Shown one piece after another: positions 50,468 through 59,673 of a stretch of DNA of 64,000 nucleotides (position 1 is its first letter; every line of letters starts with the position of its first letter). The notes below the pieces were generated by a model that was not told the DNA's origin, searched no databases, and worked only from the letters and a program-made list of their open reading frames with translations. The stretch comes from Thermoleophilia bacterium (lineage in GTDB: Bacteria; Actinomycetota; Thermoleophilia; Gaiellales; JAICJC01). A program made the position numbers and the translations under genes. The stretch covers positions 44,425-108,424 of the forward strand of contig JAICYJ010000001.1 of the NCBI GenBank assembly GCA_025934255.1, in the 5' to 3' direction.

Positions 50468-51097
50468 TCAACCAGGCGCAATCGGGGCGGCCGCCAGCAG
50501 CTCGCTGACCGTCACCGAGCGGTACCCGCGGGCGCCCATCTCGGGCAGCGCGATGCGCAGCGCCTCCACCGTCGGCGTGCGGTCGGCCTCGGTCGAGGTG
50601 TGCCGCGGCCAGCAGTCGTGCAGGTCGACGATCGCGCCCGGCGCGAGCCCGTCCAGGATCACCGTGGCGATCGCCTGGGGATCGCGCTCCAGCCAGTCGG
50701 ACGGGTCGACCGACCACAGCACCGTGGTCGGCAGCATCCGCGCCTCGGCGATGCGGCTGCAGCGCAGCGCGTCCTCGCCGTAGGGCGGGCGGAACAGCAC
50801 CGGCGCGTGGCCCAGCAGCCGCTGGCAGCGGGCGATGTCGTGTGCCAGCTCGTCGTCGGTGGCGTCCATCGCGTGCGGGTGGCTGAACGTGTGGTTGCCG
50901 ATCTCGTGGCCTTCGGCGATGGTGCGGCCGAGGATCTCCTCGCGGCCCTCGACCGACTCGCCCAGCACGAAGAAGGTGCCGTGCCCGCCGTGCTGCCGGA
51001 ACAGGTCGAGGATGTCGGGCGTCTGCGGCCCCGGCCCGTCGTCGAACGTGAGCGCAACCAGGCCGGCGGCGGCCGGGCCCTGCGAGACCACGCTCAC
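50468..51097 (-). CDS. Polysaccharide deacetylase (NodB homology domain, CE4)
   Basis: The GTG at 51097 forms a GTGA overlap with the upstream stop. Contains LTFDDGPG, IGNHTFSHP and LFRPPYG. Confidence 0.85.
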   Translation of the reverse strand: MSVVSQGPAAAGLVALTFDDGPGPQTPDILDLFRQHGGHGTFFVLGESVEGREEILGRTIAEGHEIGNHTFSHPHAMDATDDELAHDIARCQRLLGHAPVLFRPPYGEDALRCSRIAEARMLPTTVLWSVDPSDWLERDPQAIATVILDGLAPGAIVDLHDCWPRHTSTEADRTPTVEALRIALPEMGARGYRSVTVSELLAAAPIAPG

Positions 51098-52011
51098 GGG
51101 TGCAGGGCGCGCAGCGTCTCGGCCAGCCCCTCCCCGAGCGGCATCGCCGGCTGCCAGCCCAGCTCGCGCCGCGCCAGCGCGATGTCGAGGCAGCTGCGGT
51201 CGAGCTCTCCCAGCCGCGCCGGCCGGTGTTCGGGTGTGACGTCCGTGCCTGCCACCCGCTGCGACTCGGCCAGCAGGTCGATCACGTCGGTCTCGGTCTG
51301 GGTGCCGATGTTGAAGGCCCGGTGCGGCCCCTCGTAGGCCAGCGCCGCCATGTTGGCCGCCACCACGTCGCTCACGTAGACGTAGTCGCGGGTCTGGCGG
51401 CCGTCGCCGAAGATCACCGGGGTCGCGCCCGACGTCAGCTTGCCGAAGAAGATCGCGACCACGCCTGCCTCGCCGTGGGGATCCTGGCGCGGCCCGTACA
51501 CGTTGCTGTAGCGCAGCACCACGTGACGCGTGCCGTAGAGCCGGTTGAACAGGCCCAGGTAGAGCTCGGCGCCGTGCTTGGACGTGCCGTACGGCGACAT
51601 CGGCGCCGGCTCGACCGCCTCCGGCGAGGGGATCGTCTCGGCCTCCCCGTAGAGCGCGCCGCCGGTCGACGAGAACACCACTCGCGCGCCGGTGCTGCGG
51701 GCGCACTCCAGCACGGCGATCGTGCCGCGCACGTTCACGTCGGCGTCGAAGCCGGGGTTCTCGACGGACGCGCGCACGTCGGCCTGCGCGGCCAGGTGGA
51801 ACACCGCCGCCGGCTGCACGTCGTCGAACACCGCCTGCATGGCGTCGTGGTCGCGGATGTCCAGCTCGTGGAACTCGGCCCCGGCCGGCACCCTGTCCCT
51901 ACGTCCCCCGACCAGGTTGTCGATCACGGCAACGCGACCGCCGCGCTCGAGCAGCGCGTCGGCGACGTGCGAGCCGATGAAGCCCGCGCCCCCGGTGACG
52001 ACCGCGTCCAT
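51094..52011 (-). CDS. NAD-dependent sugar-nucleotide epimerase (GalE-like extended SDR)
   Basis: The ATG at 52011 gives MDAVVTGGAGFIGSHV. Contains YGTSKHGAE (YxxxK) and SNVYGPRQ. The track ORF to 52263 is a junk extension that overlaps the topA stop region. Confidence 0.9.
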   Translation of the reverse strand: MDAVVTGGAGFIGSHVADALLERGGRVAVIDNLVGGRRDRVPAGAEFHELDIRDHDAMQAVFDDVQPAAVFHLAAQADVRASVENPGFDADVNVRGTIAVLECARSTGARVVFSSTGGALYGEAETIPSPEAVEPAPMSPYGTSKHGAELYLGLFNRLYGTRHVVLRYSNVYGPRQDPHGEAGVVAIFFGKLTSGATPVIFGDGRQTRDYVYVSDVVAANMAALAYEGPHRAFNIGTQTETDVIDLLAESQRVAGTDVTPEHRPARLGELDRSCLDIALARRELGWQPAMPLGEGLAETLRALHP

Positions 52012-52043
52012 GATGGCGCAGGATAGTGGGTCGGGGCGGTTGG

Positions 52044-55007
52044 CTACGCCGCAGCTTCGGCCGAGTCGGCCCGCACGACCTCGACCGATTTGTCGTCGGT
52101 CATCACCAGCCGCCCGGTGAACGCTCCCTGCCGGTCGCGGAACTCGAGCGGCCCGGTGCTGCCCTGCTCGATCACCTGCCTGGCCTCTTCGGGCGTGATC
52201 TCGCGGCCCTTCATCGACTTCCAGATCACGAAGCCGCAGCCCGGGTTCTTGCGGCTCTTCCACGACGAGCAGCCGTAGGCGCGGCTGTTGCCGCGGATCT
52301 CACCGCCGCAGCGCGGGCAGGTGGCGATCGTCTCGCGTGGCACGCGGGCGGCGGCTGAGCGCACCAGCGGCGCTCCGTCCAGGCCCACGATCTGAGGCAC
52401 GTTGCCCTCGCCCAGCACCAGCTTGGCCGGCTGCGGGCCGTCGGCCAGCGTGGCCTCGCCGTGCTCCAGCAGCGCGCGCACCTCCGCCTCGTTGACCACG
52501 TAGCCCTTCTGCGACTTCCAGATCGTGAACCCGCAGCCCGGCTCGTCCTTGCTCTTCCAGGAGCTGCAGCCGAAGGCGCGCCGGTTCTCCTTGATCTCGC
52601 CGTCGCCGTTCGGGCAGGGCCCGAGCGCGCCGGTCAGCGGCTTGCCGTCGGGGTCGACGATCACGGGCTGGTGGCCGTCCCCCAGCACCAGGCGCGCGGG
52701 CGTGGCCGACTCCAGCTGCGCCTCGCCCTGCTCCAGCAGCTGGCGCACGTCGTCGGCGGTGATCGTGAAGCTGCCCTGCGACTTCCAGATCGTGAAGCCG
52801 CAGCCCGGCTCCTTCTTACTCTTGTAGGAGCTGCAGCCGAATGCCGCGCGGTTCTCGCGGATGTCGCCGTCGCCGTTGGGGCACGGCCCCAGCGCCAGCG
52901 TCTGGGCGATCGGCGCGCCGGCCGCGTCCACGATCTCCGGCGTGTTGCCCTCGGCCAGCACCAGGCGCGCCTCGACCGGGCCGTGCAGCTCGACCTCGCC
53001 CTTCTCCAGCAGCGCCCGCACCTGGTCGCGGTCGATGCTGAACCCTCCCTGGGTCTTCCAGATCGTGAAGCCGCAGCCCGGTTCCTTCTTGCTCTTGTAG
53101 GAGCTGCAGCCGAACGCCGAGCGGTTCTCGATCACGTCGCCGTCGCCGTTCGGGCAGGCGCCCAGCGACTCGGTGCGGATCTCGCGGAAGTAGTCGACCA
53201 GCTGCTCGGTGAAGCGGGCGATGTCGGCCATGAAGCCGGCGCGGTCGGCCTGGCCGTGCTCGATCTCGGACAGCCGCTTCTCCCACGAGCCGGTCAGCTC
53301 CGCGGAGGTGAGGGCGTGCGTGCCCAGCAGCTCGATCGTGTCGCGGCCCTTGGTGGTGGCCACCAGCGCCTTGCCCTCGCGGTCGATGTAGCCGACGTTC
53401 AGCAGCCGCTCGATCGTGTCCGCGCGGGTGGCCGGGGTGCCGAGGCCGCTGTCCTTCATGGCCTCGCGCAGCTCCTCGTCGTCGATGGCGCGGCCGGCCG
53501 TCTCCATGGCGCCCAGCAGCGATGCCTCGGTGTAGCGGCCGGGCGGCTTCGTCTGCTTCTCCAGCACCTCGGCCGAGGTGCAGGTGCCGCGCTCGCCCTC
53601 GTCGATCCGCGGCAGCGTCTGCTCCGGCTCCTCGTCGCCCTTGCGCTCCGGCTCGGCCGGCTCGTCACCGAAGGCGGGGCCGCGCCAGCCGGCCTCGAGC
53701 AGGCGCCGGCCCTTGGTGCGGAAGCGCGAGCCGCCGGCCTCGGTCACGACCTCGGTGTCCTCGAACCGGGCCTCGGGATGGAACACGGCCAGGTAGCGGC
53801 GGCAGATCAGGTCGTAGACGCGGCGGTCGTCGTTGGACAGCTCGCCGCGCGGCAGGTCGCCGGTGGGGATGATCGCGTGGTGGTCGTCGACCTTGCCGTC
53901 GTTGACGACGCGCGCCAGCGGCAGCACGTCCAACCCGGCCACGTACTCGGCGTGAGGCTTGTAGGCCGGGATGCCGCCCAGTGAGGCGGCGATCCGCTTC
54001 AGGGTCGGGATCTGGTCGGAGGGCAGGAACTGCGAGCGGGTGCGGGGGTAGGTGATGACGGCGCCGTGGGACGAGCCCTCGTAGAGGCGCTGGGCGGCGG
54101 CCAGCGTGCGCTGCGCGGACAGGCCGTAGCGGCTGTTGGCCTCGCGCTGCAGGCTGGTCAGGTCGTAGAGCAGCGGCGGGCGCGTCTTGCGCTCGTTGCG
54201 CTTGACCGACAGCACGCTGGCGTCGGCGCCGGAGGCGGCGTCGGCAACAGCCTGCGCCCGGCCGTGCTCCGAGGTGCGGTCCTCCTTGCCCTCGAACCAG
54301 CGGCCCAGGTACGTGCGCTCCTGGTCGAGCTGGAAGCGGGCGTCAACCTGGAAGTAGGTCTCGGGGACGAAGGCGTCGATCTCGAGGTCGCGGCGCACGA
54401 TCAGCGCCAGCGTGGGCGTCTGCACCCGGCCCAGCGACACGACGCCCTCCAGGCGGCCGACCTTGGTGGCGGCGCGGGTGCCGTTCATCCCGACCAGCCA
54501 GTCGGCCTCGCCGCGGGAGCGGGCGGCGGCGCTGAGCGGCGCCATCTCGGAGGAGTCGCGCAGGTGCTCGAAGCCCTCGCGGATGGCGTCCTTGGTCATC
54601 GACGACACCCACAGCCGCTTGACCGGCTTGTCCACCGCCAGCAGCTCGCGGATGTACTCGAAGATCAGCTCGCCCTCGCGTCCGGCGTCACAGCCGTTCA
54701 CGATCTCGTCCACGTCCTTGCGCTTGGCCAGCTTGCGCAGCACGTCCAGCTGTTTCTTGCCGCGGCCCTCGATCGGCTTCAGGTGGAACTCGTCGGGGAT
54801 GATCGGCAGCCGGTTCAGCGACCACAGCTTGTACTTGGGGTCGTAGTCTTCGGGCTCGGCCAGCTCGACCAGGTGGCCGACCGCCCAGGACACGACGAAG
54901 TCGTCCGACTCGAGGTAGTCGGACTCTGCCTTAAAGGACCCCGGAAGCGCCTTGGCGTAGTCCTTGCCAACGGACGGCTTCTCGGCTATGACGAGCGTTT
55001 TTCCCAT
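52044..55007 (-). CDS. topA: DNA topoisomerase I (type IA) with four C-terminal repeat domains
   Basis: Toprim region MGKTLVIAEKPS and DAGREGE. Active-site region ITYPRTRSQ (catalytic Tyr). Four tandem units of about 90 aa containing GCSS(Y/W)KS...PGCGF(T/V)IWK. Confidence 0.95.
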   Translation of the reverse strand: MGKTLVIAEKPSVGKDYAKALPGSFKAESDYLESDDFVVSWAVGHLVELAEPEDYDPKYKLWSLNRLPIIPDEFHLKPIEGRGKKQLDVLRKLAKRKDVDEIVNGCDAGREGELIFEYIRELLAVDKPVKRLWVSSMTKDAIREGFEHLRDSSEMAPLSAAARSRGEADWLVGMNGTRAATKVGRLEGVVSLGRVQTPTLALIVRRDLEIDAFVPETYFQVDARFQLDQERTYLGRWFEGKEDRTSEHGRAQAVADAASGADASVLSVKRNERKTRPPLLYDLTSLQREANSRYGLSAQRTLAAAQRLYEGSSHGAVITYPRTRSQFLPSDQIPTLKRIAASLGGIPAYKPHAEYVAGLDVLPLARVVNDGKVDDHHAIIPTGDLPRGELSNDDRRVYDLICRRYLAVFHPEARFEDTEVVTEAGGSRFRTKGRRLLEAGWRGPAFGDEPAEPERKGDEEPEQTLPRIDEGERGTCTSAEVLEKQTKPPGRYTEASLLGAMETAGRAIDDEELREAMKDSGLGTPATRADTIERLLNVGYIDREGKALVATTKGRDTIELLGTHALTSAELTGSWEKRLSEIEHGQADRAGFMADIARFTEQLVDYFREIRTESLGACPNGDGDVIENRSAFGCSSYKSKKEPGCGFTIWKTQGGFSIDRDQVRALLEKGEVELHGPVEARLVLAEGNTPEIVDAAGAPIAQTLALGPCPNGDGDIRENRAAFGCSSYKSKKEPGCGFTIWKSQGSFTITADDVRQLLEQGEAQLESATPARLVLGDGHQPVIVDPDGKPLTGALGPCPNGDGEIKENRRAFGCSSWKSKDEPGCGFTIWKSQKGYVVNEAEVRALLEHGEATLADGPQPAKLVLGEGNVPQIVGLDGAPLVRSAAARVPRETIATCPRCGGEIRGNSRAYGCSSWKSRKNPGCGFVIWKSMKGREITPEEARQVIEQGSTGPLEFRDRQGAFTGRLVMTDDKSVEVVRADSAEAAA
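52083..53165 (-). repeat. Four tandem coding repeats of about 270-300 nt (topoisomerase C-terminal repeat / zinc-ribbon-like modules)
   Basis: The units start at TopA residues about 615, 706, 795 and 894. Units 1-3 read CPNGDG...GCSSYKSKKEPGCGFTIWK. Unit 4 reads CPRCGG...GCSSWKSRKNPGCGFVIWK. Confidence 0.7.
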
Positions 55008-55172
55008 TCAGGGCGGAGAGGGTAGCACGGTGGTTTCCCGGCGCCGGTGGCGGATTGGTGACGTTTTGGTGCCGTGCGTAGCACGGGTTTCGCGATGTCG
55101 GGCACCTTTGTCGGCGGGGACGGTGCCGGGCTTGAGCGCCGGGTCCGCTCGGCGCTCCACGCGCCGGGTTGC

Positions 55173-55649
55173 TCAGGCTGATGTTCGGACTGCGGCCGCT
55201 CGCCGGCGCCCGATCCACCTTGCACCGGCCGCCCACACGTAGACGTACGCGCCACCGCAGAGGAGGATGAACGCGACCGCGACGACCCAGTTTCCGTTGC
55301 CTCGCAGCGCGCGCACCGAGGCGACGGCGACGGCCGGGTAGATCGGTACCAGCGCGAGCACCGACGCACCGAACCACCACCGGCCGAGGTCGCTGCGCAG
55401 GGCCGGCTCGAGGGCCACGCGGGCCGCCAGCGCCGTGCACCCGAGCATGACCGCAAACGCAAGAACGAAGGCGGCGTCACCGGGGCCAGACGCGTTCGGA
55501 TTGTCGGACAACCCTGCGGCGAGTGCGGCGAGCAGGGCAAGGCCCAGCGGCACCGTTCCGGTAATCAGAATGCATGTCGCGCCCAGTGCCCGGCCAAGTC
55601 GGGTCGAGGCGTTCGCGTAGTCGCTCATACCATTCACGCTATATCGCAT
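55173..55649 (-). CDS. Hypothetical integral membrane protein
   Basis: 158 aa with four hydrophobic segments and no recognisable motif. There is an alternative ATG at 55628 (MSDYANAS). Confidence 0.5.
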   Translation of the reverse strand: MRYSVNGMSDYANASTRLGRALGATCILITGTVPLGLALLAALAAGLSDNPNASGPGDAAFVLAFAVMLGCTALAARVALEPALRSDLGRWWFGASVLALVPIYPAVAVASVRALRGNGNWVVAVAFILLCGGAYVYVWAAGARWIGRRRAAAVRTSA

Positions 55650-55704
55650 TCATGCTATTGTCAACCCCGGGCCGCGCGGTGGCGCCGCTCGGTACCATCA
55701 GGCC

Positions 55705-56301
55705 GTGTTCATCTCCTTCGAGGGCCTCGACGGCTGCGGCAAGACCACCCAGGCCGCGATGCTGGCGGCCGCCCTGGAGCTGGAGGGGCGAACGGTGGTG
55801 CGCGTCCGTGAGCCGGGCGGCACGCCCATCGGCGAGCGCATCCGCGAGCTGCTGCTGGACGGCGACTCGGTGATCGGCGGTGCGGCCGAGGCGCTGCTGT
55901 ACGCCGCCGCCCGCGCCCAGCTGGTCGATCAGGTGATCCTGCCGGCGCTGGCCCGGGGGGAGGTGGTGGTGGCCGACCGTTTCATCGACTCATCGCTGGC
56001 CTACCAGGGCGTCGCCCGCGGGCTCGGCCTGGAGCAGGTGCTGCAGGCGAACGAGCTCGCGACCGGCGGGCTGATGCCCGACATCACGCTGCTGCTGGAG
56101 CTCCCGCCCGAGCTGGCGGCCGCCCGCCGCGGCGACACCCCCCCCGACCGCATCGAGTCCGAGAGCGACGGCTTCCACGCGGCGGTGGCGGAGGGCTTCG
56201 CGGCCGCCGCCGCCCGGTTTCCCGAGCGCATCCACGTGGTGGACGCGTCCGGCCCTCCGCGTGCCGTCCTGGCCCGCGTGCGCGAGGCGGCGAACCTGTG
56301 A
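55705..56301 (+). CDS. tmk: Thymidylate kinase
   Basis: Contains FISFEGLDGCGKTTQ (P-loop), the REPGGTP region and DRFIDSSLAYQG. GTG start. Confidence 0.92.
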   Translation: MFISFEGLDGCGKTTQAAMLAAALELEGRTVVRVREPGGTPIGERIRELLLDGDSVIGGAAEALLYAAARAQLVDQVILPALARGEVVVADRFIDSSLAYQGVARGLGLEQVLQANELATGGLMPDITLLLELPPELAAARRGDTPPDRIESESDGFHAAVAEGFAAAAARFPERIHVVDASGPPRAVLARVREAANL

Positions 56302-57371
56302 ACGCGCCGTTCGAGGGGCTGCCGCCGCAGTCCGAGGCCCAGCCGCTGCTAACCGCCGCGCTGGCCGACCCCAGCCACGCCTATCTGTTCTCCGGTCCGG
56401 CCGGCACCGGCAAGCGCCGCTACGCCGAGCACTTCGCGGCCGCGCTGCTCGACTCGCGGCTGGGCCGGATCGAGACCCGTGCCCACCCCGATCTGTTCGT
56501 GCTGGAGGCGGAGGGCGGCTCGATCCTGATCGAACACGCCCGCGAGCTGCGCCGCGACCTGCACATGCGGCCGTTCGAGGCCGGCCGCCGCGTCTACATG
56601 ATCCTGGACGCCCACCTGCTCCGCACCGAGAGCGCCAACGCGCTCCTGAAGTCGCTCGAGGAGCCGCCCGCCTACGCCGTGTTCGTGCTCGTATCCGACC
56701 ACGCCGAGGGCATGCTCCCGACCATCCGCTCCCGGGTCGTGCCGATCCCGTTCCGGCGGCTGAGCAGCGCCCAGCTGACCGAGCTGACAGGCGACGCGGT
56801 GGCCGCGCGGGCGGCCCTGGGCGACGCCGGCCGCGCCCAGCGTCTGGCCTCCGACCCGGAGTCGGCCGAGCGCCGCCGCACCTACCTGGCGCTGGCGCGG
56901 GCCAGCCTGGTCGATCCCGAGTTCGACTCGGGCGCCGCCGCCCAGGTGATCACCGACGCGGCGTCCGCTCGCTCCGCCCAGGCCCAGAAGCAGATCGAGC
57001 AGGAGGCCGCGCCGCAGCTGGAGGGTGTCGAGGACGCCCGTCAGCGCAAGGCGCTCGAGAAGCGGATCGACGATCGCGCCAAGCGCACCGCCCGCCGTGC
57101 CCAGATGGAGGAGGTGCGCGACGCGGTCGATATGGTCGCGTTGTGGTACCGCGACCTGATGGCCGCGGCGATTGGCGCGGAGGGCACGGTGGTAAACTTG
57201 GACCTGTCGGGCGAGCTGATTGATGACGCCAGACGGTGTGCCCCCGGTGACGCCGCACGAGCGGTGCTGGTGGTCTCGGAGGCGCGTCGGACACTCGAGA
57301 CAAACGTGCAGCCGGCGTTGGCCGTGGAGGCGATGTTTCACCGTCTGCGGCTGGCTCCAGCAGGGAGTTAG
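56298..57371 (+). CDS. holB: DNA polymerase III subunit delta'
   Basis: Contains HAYLFSGPAGTGKR, ANALLKSLEEPP and TIRSRV (sensor motif). GTGA overlap with tmk. Canonical tmk-holB order. Confidence 0.88.
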   Translation: MNAPFEGLPPQSEAQPLLTAALADPSHAYLFSGPAGTGKRRYAEHFAAALLDSRLGRIETRAHPDLFVLEAEGGSILIEHARELRRDLHMRPFEAGRRVYMILDAHLLRTESANALLKSLEEPPAYAVFVLVSDHAEGMLPTIRSRVVPIPFRRLSSAQLTELTGDAVAARAALGDAGRAQRLASDPESAERRRTYLALARASLVDPEFDSGAAAQVITDAASARSAQAQKQIEQEAAPQLEGVEDARQRKALEKRIDDRAKRTARRAQMEEVRDAVDMVALWYRDLMAAAIGAEGTVVNLDLSGELIDDARRCAPGDAARAVLVVSEARRTLETNVQPALAVEAMFHRLRLAPAGS

Positions 57372-57376
57372 ATCAG

Positions 57377-58183
57377 ATGGCGACTGTGGTCGGCGTCGTG
57401 TTTCAGCCAGGCGGCAAGGTGTACTCCTTCGATCCCGCCGGGCTCGAGTTGCGCTGGGACGAATACGTGATCTGCCAGACCGCCCGCGGCCGCGAGCTGG
57501 GCCGGGTGGTGCAGGCCAACCACGATGTGCCCGACTCGGAGCTGACCGGGCCGCTGAAGCGCGTGATCCGCCGCGCCGGCGCCGACGACCACGAGCAGGT
57601 GCGCAAGAACCGGATCGAGGCGAAGCGCTCGATGCTGCTCTTCCGCGAGCTGGCCGGCCGCTTCCAGCTGCCGGTGAAGCCGCTGTCGGCTGAGATGGTG
57701 TTCGACCAGAGCCGGATCGTGTTCTCGTACGGCAGCGAGGAGCGGCTTGACACGCAGGCGCTGCAGTCGGAGCTGGCCAAACGGCTGAACCGCCGGGTCG
57801 AGGTGCGCGCCGTCGGCCCCCGCGAGGGCGCCCGGCTGTCCGGCGGCGGCGGCCTCTGCGGACCCACCAAGTGCTGCAACCGCTACCCGTCGCACGAGAG
57901 CCCGATCACGCTCAAGATGGCCAAGGACCAGGAGCTGCCGATGAACCCCGGCCGCATCACCGGTCTCTGCGGCAGGCTACGCTGCTGTCTTGCATTTGAG
58001 CATCCGGTCTACCGGTCGTTCCGGGATCGGGCCCCCGCGGTGGGGCGCATCGTCACGACACCCCAGGGCCGGGGCGTCGTTCGCAGCTACGAGGTGCTGC
58101 GGGATGCATGCGTCGTTGAGATGGAAGGTGAGAAGGAGATGTTGGAAGTGAAGCTGGACGACCTCGCGGATGTGACCGCGTGA
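57377..58183 (+). CDS. PSP1 C-terminal domain protein (YaaT/RicT-like)
   Basis: Contains VGVVFQPGGKVYSFDP, VICQTARGRELGRV and the cysteine cluster CGPTKCC...LCGRLRCCLAFE typical of the PSP1/RicT Fe-S site. Canonical position after holB. Confidence 0.88.
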   Translation: MATVVGVVFQPGGKVYSFDPAGLELRWDEYVICQTARGRELGRVVQANHDVPDSELTGPLKRVIRRAGADDHEQVRKNRIEAKRSMLLFRELAGRFQLPVKPLSAEMVFDQSRIVFSYGSEERLDTQALQSELAKRLNRRVEVRAVGPREGARLSGGGGLCGPTKCCNRYPSHESPITLKMAKDQELPMNPGRITGLCGRLRCCLAFEHPVYRSFRDRAPAVGRIVTTPQGRGVVRSYEVLRDACVVEMEGEKEMLEVKLDDLADVTA

Positions 58184-59268
58184 CCACCAAGATTGCCTAC
58201 TGGGGGCCGGGTAGCGACGACCCCGCGCTGGCGAAGTTCCGGACGCGGTTGCGCGACGAGTGGCTGCGCCGTGGCTACGGCTGGGACGACAGCGAAAACC
58301 CGGTCGACGCCGAGGTCGTGTTCAACTTCATCAACCCCGACAAGCCGAAGCCGTTCCGGCGACGGCAGCGCGGCACCTACGTGACCATCATCCACTCGGC
58401 GTCCGAGGTGCCGGACGACGTGCTGCGCTACGAGTATCCGCTGATGGTGCGTGGCCTGGCCAACCTGGGCATGCTGGTGGTGCCGGGCGACTCCTGCCAC
58501 TTCGTGACGCCCGAGCGCGGCCACTACTCGATCCCCGACCCGGGCGACCTCGACACCTGGATCCACGACATCGTCGATCGCATCACGCCGCTAGCGACCT
58601 CGCGGCTGGTGATCGACAACCGCTTCGAGGACGACCTCGAGCCGGAGCTGTGGCAGGGCGACGAGCTGACCGAGAGCCTCTTCCAGGCCGGGCACCGCCT
58701 GGACGCGCTGGGCCTGCTGCCGGCGCCGTTCCCGCTGCACGAGATCGTGCCCGAGAAGGAGCTGCGCGCGATCAAGCGCATCTACGGGATCGGCGGCCTC
58801 TCCTACGGCAACCTGTCGGTGCGCAAGGACGAGCGGCGCTACTGGATGAGCGCGTCCGGGGTCGACAAGTCAGACCTGCGCGAGGTCGGCAAGGACGTGC
58901 TGATGGTGAAGGACTACGAGGCCGACACCGGCACCATGGTGCTGTCCGTGCCGCCCGGCATCGAGCCGAACCGCGTGTCCGTCGACGCCATCGAGCACTG
59001 GATGATCTACCAGGAGCACCCCGAGGTGAACGCGATCGTGCACGTGCACGCGTGGATCCCGGGCATCCCCGCAACCGAGTTCAACTACCCCTGCGGCACG
59101 GCCGAGCTGGCCGTGGCCGTGGCGGACATCATCCGCGATGAGCACGACCCGTCGCACGCTGTGGTCGGGCTCAAGAACCACGGCATCACGGTCACCGGCA
59201 CCAGCCTCGAGGACATCTTCGAGCGCATCGAGCCGGTGATCGAGGTGCAGGTTCCGATGATCGCCTGA
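58180..59268 (+). CDS. Fusion protein: unknown N-terminal domain of about 190 aa plus a class II aldolase/adducin domain
   Basis: The C-terminal half has GNLSVR, WMSASGVDK, SVDAIEHWMIY, AIVHVHAW and LKNHGITVTG (aldolase_II metal and loop motifs). The N-terminal half has no motif I recognise. GTGA overlap with the PSP1 gene. Confidence 0.8.
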   Translation: MTTKIAYWGPGSDDPALAKFRTRLRDEWLRRGYGWDDSENPVDAEVVFNFINPDKPKPFRRRQRGTYVTIIHSASEVPDDVLRYEYPLMVRGLANLGMLVVPGDSCHFVTPERGHYSIPDPGDLDTWIHDIVDRITPLATSRLVIDNRFEDDLEPELWQGDELTESLFQAGHRLDALGLLPAPFPLHEIVPEKELRAIKRIYGIGGLSYGNLSVRKDERRYWMSASGVDKSDLREVGKDVLMVKDYEADTGTMVLSVPPGIEPNRVSVDAIEHWMIYQEHPEVNAIVHVHAWIPGIPATEFNYPCGTAELAVAVADIIRDEHDPSHAVVGLKNHGITVTGTSLEDIFERIEPVIEVQVPMIA

Positions 59269-59312
59269 CCCCGTGGAGGCGGGAGCGGGCGGGTGATCTG
59301 GAATACTGGGAC

Positions 59313-59603
59313 ATGGCCGCAACGCTGAGAGCGCGGGCAGGCGGCGGGCGGCGGCTGGTCATGGACGAGGCGACGCCGGGGCCGCAGGGCCGCCGACGGG
59401 TGGTGCTGCTCCTGTACCTGCTGCTGTCGCCGATCGGCATCGCTGCGTCGCTGGCGCTGGGCGCGCGCGGCGGCTACGGGCCGGTGATCGCAAAGGCGCT
59501 GGTACTGCTGGCCGCGATCGTGTGGCTGGTACGCCGCACGCTGACGCGGCTGGAGTGGATCGTCCTGATCGCATTGGTGCCGGCCGACGGTTCGCAGCCG
59601 TAG
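59313..59603 (+). CDS. Possible small two-TM membrane protein
   Basis: 96 aa (or fewer from the internal ATG at VMDEATPG). Two clear hydrophobic helices. No homology is recognisable, and it could be a chance ORF. Confidence 0.35.
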   Translation: MAATLRARAGGGRRLVMDEATPGPQGRRRVVLLLYLLLSPIGIAASLALGARGGYGPVIAKALVLLAAIVWLVRRTLTRLEWIVLIALVPADGSQP

Positions 59604-59673
59604 CCACCCGCGCCGCCGCGCATGTCAAACCGAACGCAGCGGCCAGGCTCGCGAGAGGTACCGATCAACCATC

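Noticed and set aside
52083-53165. The tandem 270-300-nt DNA repeats, considered as a mobile element, a CRISPR-like array or an assembly artefact
   Set aside because: The repeats are in frame within topA and encode the known modular C-terminal repeat architecture of type IA topoisomerases. There are no spacers, terminal inverted repeats or transposase genes.
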